DNA of 64,000 nt from Paludibacteraceae bacterium (GCA_017446585.1 JAFSQL010000002.1:29084-93083); one strand, 5' to 3'; shown: positions 18,495-29,066, counted from the first letter of the stretch. Program-made: numbers and translations. Notes: generated from the sequence alone by a model not told the origin.

Positions 18495-20438
18495 ATGAAA
18501 AAGCCCTTAACCATCGAAAGCCTATACCAAGTCAAAGGAATAACCCAAATTGTCCCTTCTCCGATTGACTCAACCATCGCCATCGTTCGTACCGACGATG
18601 ACTTAAAAAAAGGCAAGCGCAACAACAACATTTTCCTCATCTCGGACAGTGACGGCTCTCCAATAGCGCAAGTCACGCATAGCGGAAAAGCCTCCTCTCC
18701 GCAGTGGAATCGCCAAGGCACGCGCCTCTACTTCATAGACCAAGATACCCGCACCAAGCGAAAAAGGAAAAAGAACGACCACCGTGACCTACCGCAACTC
18801 TACGCCGTGCGCGTCAGGGAGGGCAAGATTAGGAAACCAAGGTGCGTCACCAACTGCAAATGGGGAGTGAGCCACCCCACCCTTTCTGACGACGAGACAA
18901 AAATCCTGTTCCGTGCCCAAGTCACCGAGGGCATCACTGCGAAAGAAAAGAACTATCACGAGGCGGACTCCCTCCTTTACCGCCATTGGACGGAATGGCG
19001 CGACGGCAAGTACGAGCACATCCTGCTTTATGACACCGTGAACAAGTCACTGACCGACTTGACCCCGGGACCATTTGACTCACCGACGTTCGACCTCGGA
19101 GGGGACAAAGGCTACGACGTGTCACCCGACTTCCGTTGGCTTTGCTTCAACTCCAATCGTACCTCGCATCCCGCCGAGAATACAAGGAGCGACCTGTGGA
19201 CCTTGCGCCTCGACAACGCTTCCGCCTCATGCCAACGCCTGACCCTTTGCGAAGATTTCGCATGGTCGGGAACGCCTAAGTTCTCGGCTGACGGGAAGCA
19301 CCTCGCCTTTCGTTTTCAACAAACGGACGGCTACGAAAGCGACTTGTTTCGCCTTGCCGTCGCGGAACTCAACGACGACCAATGGACACTGAACCGGACT
19401 TTCACGCTGCCTGACCACAATTGGATTGACGACTTCATCTGGAACCGGGACCATATCATCCTTCATGCCGAAGGCAACGGCTGTCGTCCGCTCTTCCGCC
19501 TCTCACCTGACGGACACCTCTCCAAGATAACCGACGACGTCACTATCTCCACCTTTGCTGTCAAGGGCGACGACCTCTTTGATGTCCACTCCGCCGTTGA
19601 CCGACCTTCGGAGATATATAAAAACGGACAGCAACTCACCCATCTGAACGACCGGTTCTTGGCAGAGACCATGCTCTCACCCGTCGAGAAAGTTTGGGTC
19701 GAAGGCACCCTTGGCGACAACATACAACTCTTCATCGTCAAACCCGTCAACTTTCAGATGAGCAAAAAATATCCCCTCATCCTCAACGTCCATGGAGGAC
19801 CGCAACAACAATGGACCGACTCGTGGCGAGGCGACTACCAACTCTACCCCGCCAACGGCTACGTCGTCGCCTTTTGCAACCCCCATGGCTCCACCGGCTA
19901 TGGCCAACCATTCACCCGCGCCATCTCCGGACACTGGGGCGACACCCCGTTCGAAGACCTCATGAAAGTCACCGACTTCCTCGAGCAACTACCTTATGTG
20001 GACAAAAACCGAATGGGAGCCATGGGATGGTCATTCGGAGGCTACATGACCAACTGGTTCCAAGCCCGAACCAAGCGATTCAAATGCCTCGCCTCCATGA
20101 TGGGCGTGTATAACCTCAAATCCATGTGGGGTGCTACCGAGGAACTGTGGTTCCCACAGTGGGACTTGCAAGGGAAACCGTGGGACAGCGCACTCTACAC
20201 CAAGTTCTCCCCATCGGAATACGTCAATGACTTCGCCACCCCCACCCTTATCATCACCGGCGAGAAGGACTTCCGTGTCTCCTACACCCAAAGCCTCGAA
20301 TACTTCTCCGCCCTCCAATCTCGTGGCATAGAGTCCAGACTCATCGTATTCAAGGAAGACGGCCACTGGCCGCACCCCGTCAAGTCCATGCCCACCTACT
20401 ATCGTGAACACCTCAAGTGGTTTGACCAACACCTCTGA
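18495..20438 (+). CDS. S9-family serine peptidase (prolyl oligopeptidase / acylaminoacyl-peptidase type)
   Basis: N-terminal beta-propeller region. Catalytic Ser motif GWSFGGYM. GEKDFRV and DGHW supply the Asp/His of the triad. Confidence 0.85.
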   Translation: MKKPLTIESLYQVKGITQIVPSPIDSTIAIVRTDDDLKKGKRNNNIFLISDSDGSPIAQVTHSGKASSPQWNRQGTRLYFIDQDTRTKRKRKKNDHRDLPQLYAVRVREGKIRKPRCVTNCKWGVSHPTLSDDETKILFRAQVTEGITAKEKNYHEADSLLYRHWTEWRDGKYEHILLYDTVNKSLTDLTPGPFDSPTFDLGGDKGYDVSPDFRWLCFNSNRTSHPAENTRSDLWTLRLDNASASCQRLTLCEDFAWSGTPKFSADGKHLAFRFQQTDGYESDLFRLAVAELNDDQWTLNRTFTLPDHNWIDDFIWNRDHIILHAEGNGCRPLFRLSPDGHLSKITDDVTISTFAVKGDDLFDVHSAVDRPSEIYKNGQQLTHLNDRFLAETMLSPVEKVWVEGTLGDNIQLFIVKPVNFQMSKKYPLILNVHGGPQQQWTDSWRGDYQLYPANGYVVAFCNPHGSTGYGQPFTRAISGHWGDTPFEDLMKVTDFLEQLPYVDKNRMGAMGWSFGGYMTNWFQARTKRFKCLASMMGVYNLKSMWGATEELWFPQWDLQGKPWDSALYTKFSPSEYVNDFATPTLIITGEKDFRVSYTQSLEYFSALQSRGIESRLIVFKEDGHWPHPVKSMPTYYREHLKWFDQHL

Positions 20439-20537
20439 CCTAACTTTTCCCTCCTTTCGTTTGGATTTTTCAGAATATTTTTTACTTTACTTTCCAAAAA
20501 ATTTGGTTTCCGCCACAAAGCTTAACGAAATCGTTTG

Positions 20538-20545
20538 TATCTTTG
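20538..20545 (+). promoter_or_regulatory. -7 promoter box (TAtcTTTG) upstream of rpsA
   Basis: TAnnTTTG match about 62 nt upstream of ATG 20608. Confidence 0.45.
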
Positions 20546-20607
20546 CGCCACTTTTTCGTGTTAATTAACATATTGTCTAACAATTAATTTTTCATCCTTT
20601 TACCATT

Positions 20608-22461
20608 ATGGCAGAAGAAAAAAACCAAGAAGTGATAGAAGAAGCCGCTTCCGCTCCTAAATTGGGCGCACCTGCTTCGGTCTCTCCTTCTGACGATTTC
20701 GATTGGGAAACCTACGAAAACGGTGGCATCAAACAAAGCAACAATCAATCGGATCTTGCACAAGCTTACGAAAGCACCTTGTCTTCCATCAAGGAAAACG
20801 AAGTTGTGGAAGGTACCGTTATCTCTATTGACAAGCGCGAGGTTGTCGTATCCATCGGCTCTAAGAGCGATGGCGTCATCCCTGCAAGCGAGTTCAGATA
20901 TAATCCTGATTTGAAGGTTGGCGACAAGGTAGAAGTTTACATCGAAAGCCAAGAGAACAAAAAAGGTCAACTGATTCTCTCACACCGTCAAGCGCGTTTG
21001 AACAAGTCTTGGGACCGTGTCAACGAAGCTCTCGAAAGCGGAGAAATCATCAAGGGATACATCAAGTGCCGCACGACGGGCGGTATGATTGTTGACATCT
21101 TCGGCATCGAAGCCTTCTTGCCAGGCTCTCAAATCGACGTTAAGCCTATTCGTGACTATGATATCTTCGTCGGCAAGACGATGGAGTTCAAGGTCGTTAA
21201 GATCAACAACGAGTTCAAGAACGTTGTCGTATCGCACAAGGCTCTCATCGAGGCTGAACTTGAAGCACAAAAGAAGGAAATCATCTCCCACCTTGAGAAG
21301 GGTCAAGTGCTTGAAGGAACTGTCAAGAACATCACCAACTACGGCGCATTCGTTGACTTGGGTGGCGTTGACGGTCTCATCCACATCAACGACCTCAGCT
21401 GGGGCAGAATTTCAAGCCCAGAAGACGTTGTACAACTCGACCAAAAGATCAATGTCGTTATTCTCGACTTCGATGACGAGAAGAAGCGCATTCAACTTGG
21501 TTTGAAGCAACTCTCTCCTCAACCTTGGGACACGCTTGACACCGAACTCAAAGAAGGTGACAAGGTGAAAGGCAAAGTAGTCGCTATGACTGACTACGGC
21601 GCATTCATCGAAATCGCCCCTGGTGTTGAAGGCTTGATTCACGTTAGCGAAATGAGCTGGTCACAGCACTCTTATCGCAGCGCTCAAGACTTCCTCAAAG
21701 TCGGTGATGAAGTTGAAGCAGTCGTTCTGAACCTCAACCGCGAGGAGCGTAAGATGTCGCTCGGCATCAAGCAATTGAAGGCTGACCCATGGCAAGACAT
21801 CGAAGTGAAATACCCTATCGGCTCCGTACACACCGCTAAGGTTCACAACTTCACCAACTTCGGAGTATTCGTTGAGTTGGAAGAAGGCGTTGACGGACTC
21901 GTTCACATCAGCGACCTCTCTTGGACGAAGAAAGTTAAACATCCATCTGAGTTCACCAAGGTTGGCGACCCAATGGAAGTTAAAGTGCTTGACATTGACA
22001 AGGAGAACCGCAAACTCTCGCTCGGTCACAAGCAAATCGAGGAGAACCCTTGGAACATCTTCGAGCAAACCTTCATCGTTGGCTCGATTCACGAGGGAAC
22101 AATCGTTGAGCTTAACGAGCGTGGTGCCGTTATCGAGTTGCAAGACGGTGTTCAAGGCTTCGCTACCCCTAAGCACCTCGTTAAAGAGGACGGTTCGCAA
22201 GCCAAATTGGACGAGAAGATTGAATTCAAGGTACTTGAGTTCAACAAGGACGCTAAGCGCATCATCTTGTCACACAGCCGCATCAAGGAAGACGCTGATC
22301 GCATTGCGAACGGTGAAGAACCACTGACAAAAGTTCCTTCTAAGAAGGGTTCGGAGAAAAAAGAGAGCCAAAATGTCGCTACGACCAACGTAGAAAAGAC
22401 AACACTTGGTGACCTTGACGCTCTTCAGAACTTGAAGGAAGAATTGGAAAAGGATAAATAA
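20608..22461 (+). CDS. rpsA: 30S ribosomal protein S1
   Basis: Six S1 repeats (G.V..I..YGAFV.L..GV.GL.H.S). T/C-ending codon usage typical of highly expressed genes. Confidence 0.95.
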   Translation: MAEEKNQEVIEEAASAPKLGAPASVSPSDDFDWETYENGGIKQSNNQSDLAQAYESTLSSIKENEVVEGTVISIDKREVVVSIGSKSDGVIPASEFRYNPDLKVGDKVEVYIESQENKKGQLILSHRQARLNKSWDRVNEALESGEIIKGYIKCRTTGGMIVDIFGIEAFLPGSQIDVKPIRDYDIFVGKTMEFKVVKINNEFKNVVVSHKALIEAELEAQKKEIISHLEKGQVLEGTVKNITNYGAFVDLGGVDGLIHINDLSWGRISSPEDVVQLDQKINVVILDFDDEKKRIQLGLKQLSPQPWDTLDTELKEGDKVKGKVVAMTDYGAFIEIAPGVEGLIHVSEMSWSQHSYRSAQDFLKVGDEVEAVVLNLNREERKMSLGIKQLKADPWQDIEVKYPIGSVHTAKVHNFTNFGVFVELEEGVDGLVHISDLSWTKKVKHPSEFTKVGDPMEVKVLDIDKENRKLSLGHKQIEENPWNIFEQTFIVGSIHEGTIVELNERGAVIELQDGVQGFATPKHLVKEDGSQAKLDEKIEFKVLEFNKDAKRIILSHSRIKEDADRIANGEEPLTKVPSKKGSEKKESQNVATTNVEKTTLGDLDALQNLKEELEKDK

Positions 22462-22473
22462 ACAAGAGCAAAT

Positions 22474-22520
22474 AAACCGTAATATCAAAAAAAACATCTT
22501 TTTTTGCGATATTGCGGTTT
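22474..22520 (+). terminator. Hairpin terminator after rpsA
   Basis: AAACCGTAATATCAAAAAAAA-CATC-TTTTTTTGCGATATTGCGGTTT. A long imperfect stem including an A/T run. Confidence 0.55.
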
Positions 22521-22527
22521 AATTACT

Positions 22528-22535
22528 TACATTTG
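22528..22535 (+). promoter_or_regulatory. -7 promoter box (TAcaTTTG) upstream of the OmpA-family gene
   Basis: TAnnTTTG match 45 nt upstream of ATG 22581. Confidence 0.45.
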
Positions 22536-22580
22536 CATCAATATTTATCGAACAAATCTTAAAACCTAATTACAAAAACC

Positions 22581-23228
22581 ATGAAAAAAGCGTTTATCGT
22601 AGCATTTGCTGCCATCATCGCAGTAGCAGGAACAAGCTGCAAGACCAAACAGCTCAAAGAAGAAATTGCTGCTAACCAACAAGCTATCAGCAAGATTCAA
22701 TACGAGCAACAACGTCAAGCAGAAGAATTGAAGAAACTTGCTGACAGCAGCAATGATTCTATTGACGGCGTAGCCATCAAAGACATCATCTCTGGTCAAC
22801 AATATCAAATCGAGCAAATCAACAAGCAACTCACCAAGACCCGCAAGGATCTCTACAAGCACCTCAACGAGAGCGGTAGCCTTGACAACGCAGCTCAAGG
22901 TGGCAACTTCAAGTTGGGTAGCGCAGAGCTCAGCAGCGACGCTAAGGCTATCCTTGACAAAATCGCTGAAAGCGAGAAGAGCACTGACTCTAAGATTGCC
23001 ATCGTAGGTCACACCGACAACACCGGTAGCGACGCTGTCAACAACAAGCTTTCTCAAAAGCGTGCTGACGCTGCGAAAGACTACCTCGTAAAGAAAGGTA
23101 TCGCAGAGGATCGTATCTCCGCTCAAGGTGCTGGTTCTGGCAAGCCTGTAGTTTGCAACGACGATGCTGCATCTCGCGCAAAGAACCGTCGTATCGAAGT
23201 TTCGGTTTCTACCGCAGCTGCTGAGTAA
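22581..23228 (+). CDS. OmpA-family peptidoglycan-binding lipoprotein
   Basis: Lipobox AGTSC, a coiled-coil segment, and an OmpA_C domain (GHTDNTGSDAVNNKLSQKRADAAKDYL...NRRIEV). Confidence 0.85.
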   Translation: MKKAFIVAFAAIIAVAGTSCKTKQLKEEIAANQQAISKIQYEQQRQAEELKKLADSSNDSIDGVAIKDIISGQQYQIEQINKQLTKTRKDLYKHLNESGSLDNAAQGGNFKLGSAELSSDAKAILDKIAESEKSTDSKIAIVGHTDNTGSDAVNNKLSQKRADAAKDYLVKKGIAEDRISAQGAGSGKPVVCNDDAASRAKNRRIEVSVSTAAAE

Positions 23229-23250
23229 TCGATTCAAAACCTTATAAAAA

Positions 23251-23282
23251 AGACGTAACCTTCGGGTTGCGTCTTTTTTTGT
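23251..23282 (+). terminator. Rho-independent terminator after the OmpA-family gene
   Basis: AGACGTAACC-TTCG-GGTTGCGTCT followed by TTTTTTT. Confidence 0.8.
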
Positions 23283-23370
23283 TCTCTTTTTTCCCAACAT
23301 TCTTGATTTCTTCACGAAGAAGTTCTATATTTAGGGTGTTTTTTCAAGTCTAACCAATACCCCTAATACT

Positions 23371-25425
23371 ATGGAACCACGCTTGCAAATCATCAAGAAC
23401 GACCCCTATCTCGAGCCATTTGAAAATGCCATTGACGCACGCTATAACTACGCCATAGCCAAAGAACAGGAATTGACAGGAGGCAACCAGACCCTTGCCG
23501 AATTTGCGAGCGGGTATCTGTATTTCGGTTTGCACAAGACAAAAACAGGATGGACTTTTCGCGAATACGCACCGAACGCAACCGAAATCTTCTTGATTGG
23601 CGATTTCAACAATTGGCAACAAGGACCAGAATACCAATTACAGAACATCGGAGGAGGCGTTTGGGAAATCAATCTGCCTTCACACGCCATGCGTCACGGT
23701 GACCTCTATAAGTTGATGATGCATTGGGAGGGCGGCTTTGGCGAACGCATTCCCGCCTGGTCAACACGTGTTGTACAAGATGACCTTACAAAAATCTTTT
23801 CAGCACAGGTTTGGGCTCCTACCGCATACAAATGGAAGAACAAACGCTTCAAACCAAACACGCAACCCCTGCTCATATACGAATGCCACATTGGTATGGC
23901 AGGCGAGGACGAGAAAGTCTCCACGTATAGCGAATTTAGGAAAAACGTATTGCCACGCATTTACAAGGACGGCTACAACTGCATTCAGATAATGGCAATT
24001 CAGGAACATCCCTACTATGGTTCCTTCGGATACCATGTCAGCAACTTCTTTGCCGCCTCTTCTCGATTTGGCACACCCGAAGAATTGAAAGAACTGATTG
24101 ACGAAGCGCATTCTCTCGGCATTGCTGTCATCATGGACCTCGTGCACTCTCATGCTGTGAAGAACACGAAGGAAGGTTTGGGACTGTTTGACGGAACACC
24201 ATATCTATATTTCCATGACGGACCTCGACGTGAACACCCGGCATGGGACTCGCTCTGCTTCGACTATGGGAAGGGATGCGTTTTACACTACTTGTTGAGT
24301 AACTGCAAATTCTGGTTAGAAGAATACCATTTCGACGGATTCCGCTTTGACGGCGTTACTTCCATGCTCTATTACAGCCATGGACTGGGCGAAGACTTTA
24401 CCAACTATGGCTGCTATTATAACGGCAACCAAGACGGCGATGCCATTTGCTACCTGACGCTCGCCAACAAGACCATCCATCAAGTGAATCCAAACGCCAT
24501 CACCATTGCCGAAGACATGAGTGGCATGCCAGGATTGGCGGCACCAATAGAAAGCGGTGGCATGGGATTCAATTATCGTCTTGCCATGGGCATTCCTGAC
24601 TTTTGGATTAAGACCATCAAAGAAGTTCAAGACGACAAGTGGTCGGTAGGAAGCATTATTTGGGAACTCACCAACCACCGTTGGGACGAGCATACCATCA
24701 ATTATACGGAGAGTCACGACCAAGCGTTGGTTGGCGACAAGACCATCATTTTCCGACTGATTGACGCTGACATGTACTGGCACATGTCGAAGGTGGCTGG
24801 CGGAACGACCTATATGGTTGACCGTGGACTCGCCTTGCACAAGATGATACGCCTCATCACCGCGTCAACCATCAACGGCGGTTATCTTAATTTCATGGGC
24901 AATGAATTTGGTCATCCCGAATGGATTGACTTCCCACGTGAAGGAAACGGATGGAGTTATAAGTACGCCCGCAGACAATGGCATTTGGTAGATGATAAAA
25001 ACCTGAAATACCATTGGTTAGGTGACTTTGACAAGGAAATGATTACCCTCATCAAAGATATCAAAGGATTTCAGGACTATCCTGTTTACAACTATTGGGA
25101 GCGCATTGATGACCAAGTCATCGCATATGGAAGGAAAGACTTGCTCTTTGTCTTCAACTTTTCACCAGACCGTTCCTATACCGACTATGGGATGCTTGTT
25201 CCCAAAGGTTCGTACAAGGTTGTCCTGAACACCGACGCGCCTGAATTTGGCGGTTTTGGTCAGACTGACGACAGCATCATTCACTTCACACAAAACCCAA
25301 ACAAAGGACAAACGCGCGGACGAAAGAAAAATGAGTCCACCGAAAATACCCTGCCTGAAGGGAAAGAATGGTTGATGCTTTATCTGCCAGCACGTTCTGC
25401 CATGGTTCTCAGAAAACAAAAGTAA
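23371..25425 (+). CDS. glgB: 1,4-alpha-glucan branching enzyme (GH13)
   Basis: GH13 catalytic blocks DLVHSH, GFRFDGVTSM, IAEDMSG and ESHDQ, plus an N-terminal CBM48-like region. Confidence 0.9.
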   Translation: MEPRLQIIKNDPYLEPFENAIDARYNYAIAKEQELTGGNQTLAEFASGYLYFGLHKTKTGWTFREYAPNATEIFLIGDFNNWQQGPEYQLQNIGGGVWEINLPSHAMRHGDLYKLMMHWEGGFGERIPAWSTRVVQDDLTKIFSAQVWAPTAYKWKNKRFKPNTQPLLIYECHIGMAGEDEKVSTYSEFRKNVLPRIYKDGYNCIQIMAIQEHPYYGSFGYHVSNFFAASSRFGTPEELKELIDEAHSLGIAVIMDLVHSHAVKNTKEGLGLFDGTPYLYFHDGPRREHPAWDSLCFDYGKGCVLHYLLSNCKFWLEEYHFDGFRFDGVTSMLYYSHGLGEDFTNYGCYYNGNQDGDAICYLTLANKTIHQVNPNAITIAEDMSGMPGLAAPIESGGMGFNYRLAMGIPDFWIKTIKEVQDDKWSVGSIIWELTNHRWDEHTINYTESHDQALVGDKTIIFRLIDADMYWHMSKVAGGTTYMVDRGLALHKMIRLITASTINGGYLNFMGNEFGHPEWIDFPREGNGWSYKYARRQWHLVDDKNLKYHWLGDFDKEMITLIKDIKGFQDYPVYNYWERIDDQVIAYGRKDLLFVFNFSPDRSYTDYGMLVPKGSYKVVLNTDAPEFGGFGQTDDSIIHFTQNPNKGQTRGRKKNESTENTLPEGKEWLMLYLPARSAMVLRKQK

Positions 25426-25455
25426 GGAGAGTAACACTCACGTTTCAGTCACATC

Positions 25456-26742
25456 ATGCCACCACTTGCGGAGAGGCTGCGGCCTCACACCTTAGATGAA
25501 TATATCGGGCAGCAGCACCTCGTCGGCAACGGCGCGGTGTTGCGTTCCATGATTGAGAGCGGCAATATTTCCTCGTTCATTCTTTGGGGACCTCCAGGTG
25601 TCGGGAAAACGACCTTGGCGAGAATCATAGCGAACAAGGAGCAACGACCATTCTTCACCCTTAGTGCCGTCACGTCAGGTGTCAAAGACGTTCGCGACGT
25701 AATTGAAAAATCCAAACAAAATCGTTTTTTCAACGCTCCTAACCCAATTTTGTTCATTGACGAGATTCATCGCTTCAGCAAGAGTCAACAAGACTCATTG
25801 CTCGGTGCCGTTGAGCAAGGCATCGTAACTTTGATTGGCGCGACCACCGAGAACCCATCTTTTGAAGTCATCACACCACTGCTATCGCGATGTCAAGTCT
25901 ATGTGCTTGAATCTCTGAACAAGGAAGATCTCGAACAACTGCTAAAAAACGCCCTGACACAAGACAGCGAACTCAAAAAGCTCAGAATCGAGGTCAAAGA
26001 GAGCGCGGCACTGCTTCGTCAAAGCGGAGGTGACGCCCGAAAACTACTGAATGCCCTTGAACTTGTCGTCAACACGTTGCTGGGCGAAAACGGGAATGAC
26101 GAGAGCCTTCCTATCGTCATCAATGACGAAACCGTAGAGCGGTGCCTGCAACAAAACCCCATTGCATACGACAAACAGGGAGACCAACATTATGACATCA
26201 TATCCGCTTTTATCAAAAGCGTGCGCGGCAGTGACCCTGACGGTGCCATCTACTGGCTGGCACGAATGATTGCTGGCGGTGAAGACCCAAAATTCATCGC
26301 CCGAAGGCTTTGCATCAGCGCAAGCGAAGACATTGGACTTGCCAACCCAAACGCCATGCTACTCGCCTCCGCTTGCTTCAACGAGATAGAACGTGTCGGG
26401 ATGCCTGAAGGTAGAATCATACTTGCCGAGACAACCGTCTATCTCGCCGCGTCACCCAAAAGCAATTCCGCCTATCGCGCTATCAACGACGCCTTGGAAT
26501 TGGTCAAGCAAACAGGCAACCTGCCCGTTCCGTTTCACCTGCGAAACGCTCCCACCAAATTGATGAAAGAACTGGGTTATGCCGAAGACTACAAATACGC
26601 CCACGATTACCCTGACCACTTTGTCAAGCAACAATTCCTGCCGGACGAGATTAAGGACCGACGTATTTGGATAGCGCAAGAACAACCGTCCGAGAAGAAA
26701 TTATCGGAACGGCTACGCAACTTGTGGGAAGGAAAATATTGA
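25456..26742 (+). CDS. rarA: Replication-associated recombination protein A (MgsA/RarA AAA+ ATPase)
   Basis: LAERLRP..LDEYIGQQHL, Walker A GPPGVGKTT, Walker B ILFIDEIHRF, and a C-terminal MgsA domain (YDIISAFIKSVRGSDPDGAIYWLARM). Confidence 0.9.
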   Translation: MPPLAERLRPHTLDEYIGQQHLVGNGAVLRSMIESGNISSFILWGPPGVGKTTLARIIANKEQRPFFTLSAVTSGVKDVRDVIEKSKQNRFFNAPNPILFIDEIHRFSKSQQDSLLGAVEQGIVTLIGATTENPSFEVITPLLSRCQVYVLESLNKEDLEQLLKNALTQDSELKKLRIEVKESAALLRQSGGDARKLLNALELVVNTLLGENGNDESLPIVINDETVERCLQQNPIAYDKQGDQHYDIISAFIKSVRGSDPDGAIYWLARMIAGGEDPKFIARRLCISASEDIGLANPNAMLLASACFNEIERVGMPEGRIILAETTVYLAASPKSNSAYRAINDALELVKQTGNLPVPFHLRNAPTKLMKELGYAEDYKYAHDYPDHFVKQQFLPDEIKDRRIWIAQEQPSEKKLSERLRNLWEGKY

Positions 26743-26820
26743 CACGGAAACGCGCGTTAACCGTGCAAAAGTATGTTCAAAAACATCAATTGCCCTCTTG
26801 CAACGGCTATAAACGTTGAT

Positions 26821-26828
26821 TATATTTG
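26821..26828 (+). promoter_or_regulatory. -7 promoter box (TAtaTTTG) upstream of pfp
   Basis: TAnnTTTG match 56 nt upstream of ATG 26885. Confidence 0.45.
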
Positions 26829-26884
26829 CATAATGTCAATTTTGGGAAACAAACACCGTTCATAACACACAAAAAACTTAATCC

Positions 26885-28558
26885 ATGTTTGAGATCAACA
26901 AACCAAGCCCTCTATCCATTGCTCGCGCGGCATATCAACCCAAAATGCCGCTTGCGCTGCAAGGCAACGTGAAAATCGAGAAAGGCGCAGCGACCGAAAG
27001 CGCAGGTGACCAAGAGCAAATCAAGAAACTGTTTCCTTCGACCTACGGTCTTCCGCTCATCACATTCGTTGCGGGCGCGGCGCAGGAACACAAGGAAATC
27101 AACGTCGGCGTCATCCTCTCCGGAGGACAAGCACCAGGCGGACACAACGTGATCAGCGGACTCTATGACGGACTGAAGAAACTGAACCCATCTAACAAAT
27201 TGTATGGTTTCCTTGGCGGACCTTCGGGACTGATTGACCATCAATACAAGGAACTGACGGCAGACATCATTGACAAATATCGCAACACGGGTGGTTTTGA
27301 CATCATCGGTAGCGGTCGAACCAAATTGGAACTGCCTTGGCAATTCGACAAAGGAGCGGAGATATGCAAGAAACTGAACATTTCAGCCATTGTCATCATT
27401 GGCGGTGACGACTCCAACACCAACGCATGCATCCTTGCGGAGTATTACGTCAACAAGAACATACCTATTCAAGTCATCGGTTGTCCAAAGACCATTGACG
27501 GAGACCTGAAAAACGCATCCATCGAGACATCCTTCGGTTTCGATACCGCATGCAAGACTTATAGCGAACTCATCGGCAACATACAGAGAGACGCCGCCTC
27601 CGCCCTTAAATATTGGCACTTCATCAAACTGATGGGACGTTCAGCATCGCACATCGCCCTTGAATGCGCATTGCAGACGCATCCGAACGTATGCATCATC
27701 AGCGAAGAAGTGGCAGCTAAGAAGTGGTCGCTGCGTGACGTTGTGGACATGATTGCCGATAGCGTGGTGCGCAGGGCGGAAAAAGGGTTCAACTACGGAA
27801 CTGTGCTCGTTCCGGAAGGACTGCTTGAATTCGTTCCGGACATGAAAGCCCTCATTGCCGAACTCAATGATTTGCTGGCGGATGACACCGAATTCAAACA
27901 AGTGCGCACGTCCGAGAAGAACGCATACATCGAACGCCACTTGTCAGACAAGAACGCCGAGACCTTCCGAAGCCTGCCGCCGTTCATTGCCTCGCAACTA
28001 ACGATGGAGCGTGACGCTCACGGCAACGTGCAAGTGTCACTCATCGAGACAGAACAACTTCTCATTGAAATGACCAAGACGAAACTTGCGCAATTGGAAG
28101 CCGTAGGTCGTTACAAGGGAAAATTCAAAACGTTGCACCATTTCTTCGGATACGAAGGTCGATGCGCATTCCCGTCCAACTTTGATGCGGACTACTGCTA
28201 CTCGCTCGGTTTCAATGCGGCGAACCTGATTGACAATGGCGTGACCGGCTACATGAGCGTCATCAAAAACACCTATTATGCGACGGACAAGTGGATTGCC
28301 GGCGGTGTTCCTATCTCCTCCATGATGAACATGGAACGACGCAATGGCAAGGACGTTCCAGTCATCAAGAAGGCGTTGGTAGAAATAGACAAAGCGCCAT
28401 TCCGTTGCCTGGAACAGTTAAGGGGCGTATGGAGCGGTCCGGAAGACCACTATGCCGCACCCGGACCAATCCAATTGTTCGGTCCCGAAGAAGTTTGCGA
28501 CCGACGCACGCGCACACTCTATCTCGAAACAATGGAAAAAGAAGGTAAACTTGATTAA
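26885..28558 (+). CDS. pfp: Diphosphate--fructose-6-phosphate 1-phosphotransferase (PPi-dependent PFK)
   Basis: Long (557 aa) PFK with GGQAPGGHNV, IGGDDSNT and PKTIDGD blocks, typical of PPi-PFK. Confidence 0.9.
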   Translation: MFEINKPSPLSIARAAYQPKMPLALQGNVKIEKGAATESAGDQEQIKKLFPSTYGLPLITFVAGAAQEHKEINVGVILSGGQAPGGHNVISGLYDGLKKLNPSNKLYGFLGGPSGLIDHQYKELTADIIDKYRNTGGFDIIGSGRTKLELPWQFDKGAEICKKLNISAIVIIGGDDSNTNACILAEYYVNKNIPIQVIGCPKTIDGDLKNASIETSFGFDTACKTYSELIGNIQRDAASALKYWHFIKLMGRSASHIALECALQTHPNVCIISEEVAAKKWSLRDVVDMIADSVVRRAEKGFNYGTVLVPEGLLEFVPDMKALIAELNDLLADDTEFKQVRTSEKNAYIERHLSDKNAETFRSLPPFIASQLTMERDAHGNVQVSLIETEQLLIEMTKTKLAQLEAVGRYKGKFKTLHHFFGYEGRCAFPSNFDADYCYSLGFNAANLIDNGVTGYMSVIKNTYYATDKWIAGGVPISSMMNMERRNGKDVPVIKKALVEIDKAPFRCLEQLRGVWSGPEDHYAAPGPIQLFGPEEVCDRRTRTLYLETMEKEGKLD

Positions 28559-28589
28559 AATCACTCAACAATAAAAAAAGACAAAAATC

Positions 28590-29021
28590 ATGGCAGAAAA
28601 ATCACCTAAAGACACGTGTCTGTATTGCATGCACTTACCAGTGCTGGACGAACTGATGATTAAAATCGCGGACCTTGACGTTTCTCAAGTGTTCCTCTTC
28701 AAGGAGCAAAGTCACCCAGGACGCTGCAATGTGGTCTATAAGGATCATGGCGTGGATTTGGAAGAACTGACGGACGAGCAACGCAACGCCTTTATGAAAG
28801 ACGTGGCACGCGTAGGAAAGGCTATCGCCAAGGCTTTCAATCCTTACAAGATTAACTACGGTGCGTTTGCTGACACGCTGTCACACCTTCACATGCACAT
28901 CGTTCCTAAATACAAGGACGGCTATAACTTTGGCGGTGTCATTGAGATGAATCCTAAAAAGACTTATCTCACTGACGAACAGTATGCGGAAACCATAGCA
29001 AAGATAAAAGCGAACTTGTAA
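28590..29021 (+). CDS. HIT-family hydrolase
   Basis: Histidine-triad motif HLHMHIVPK. Confidence 0.85.
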   Translation: MAEKSPKDTCLYCMHLPVLDELMIKIADLDVSQVFLFKEQSHPGRCNVVYKDHGVDLEELTDEQRNAFMKDVARVGKAIAKAFNPYKINYGAFADTLSHLHMHIVPKYKDGYNFGGVIEMNPKKTYLTDEQYAETIAKIKANL

Positions 29022-29066
29022 AACCTTTGTTGAATGTCATTTGAACGATATTCAACGACAATAAAA

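Noticed and set aside
22566-23315. 249-aa minus-strand ORF
   Set aside because: Antisense to the OmpA-family gene, and it runs across that gene's terminator and promoter.
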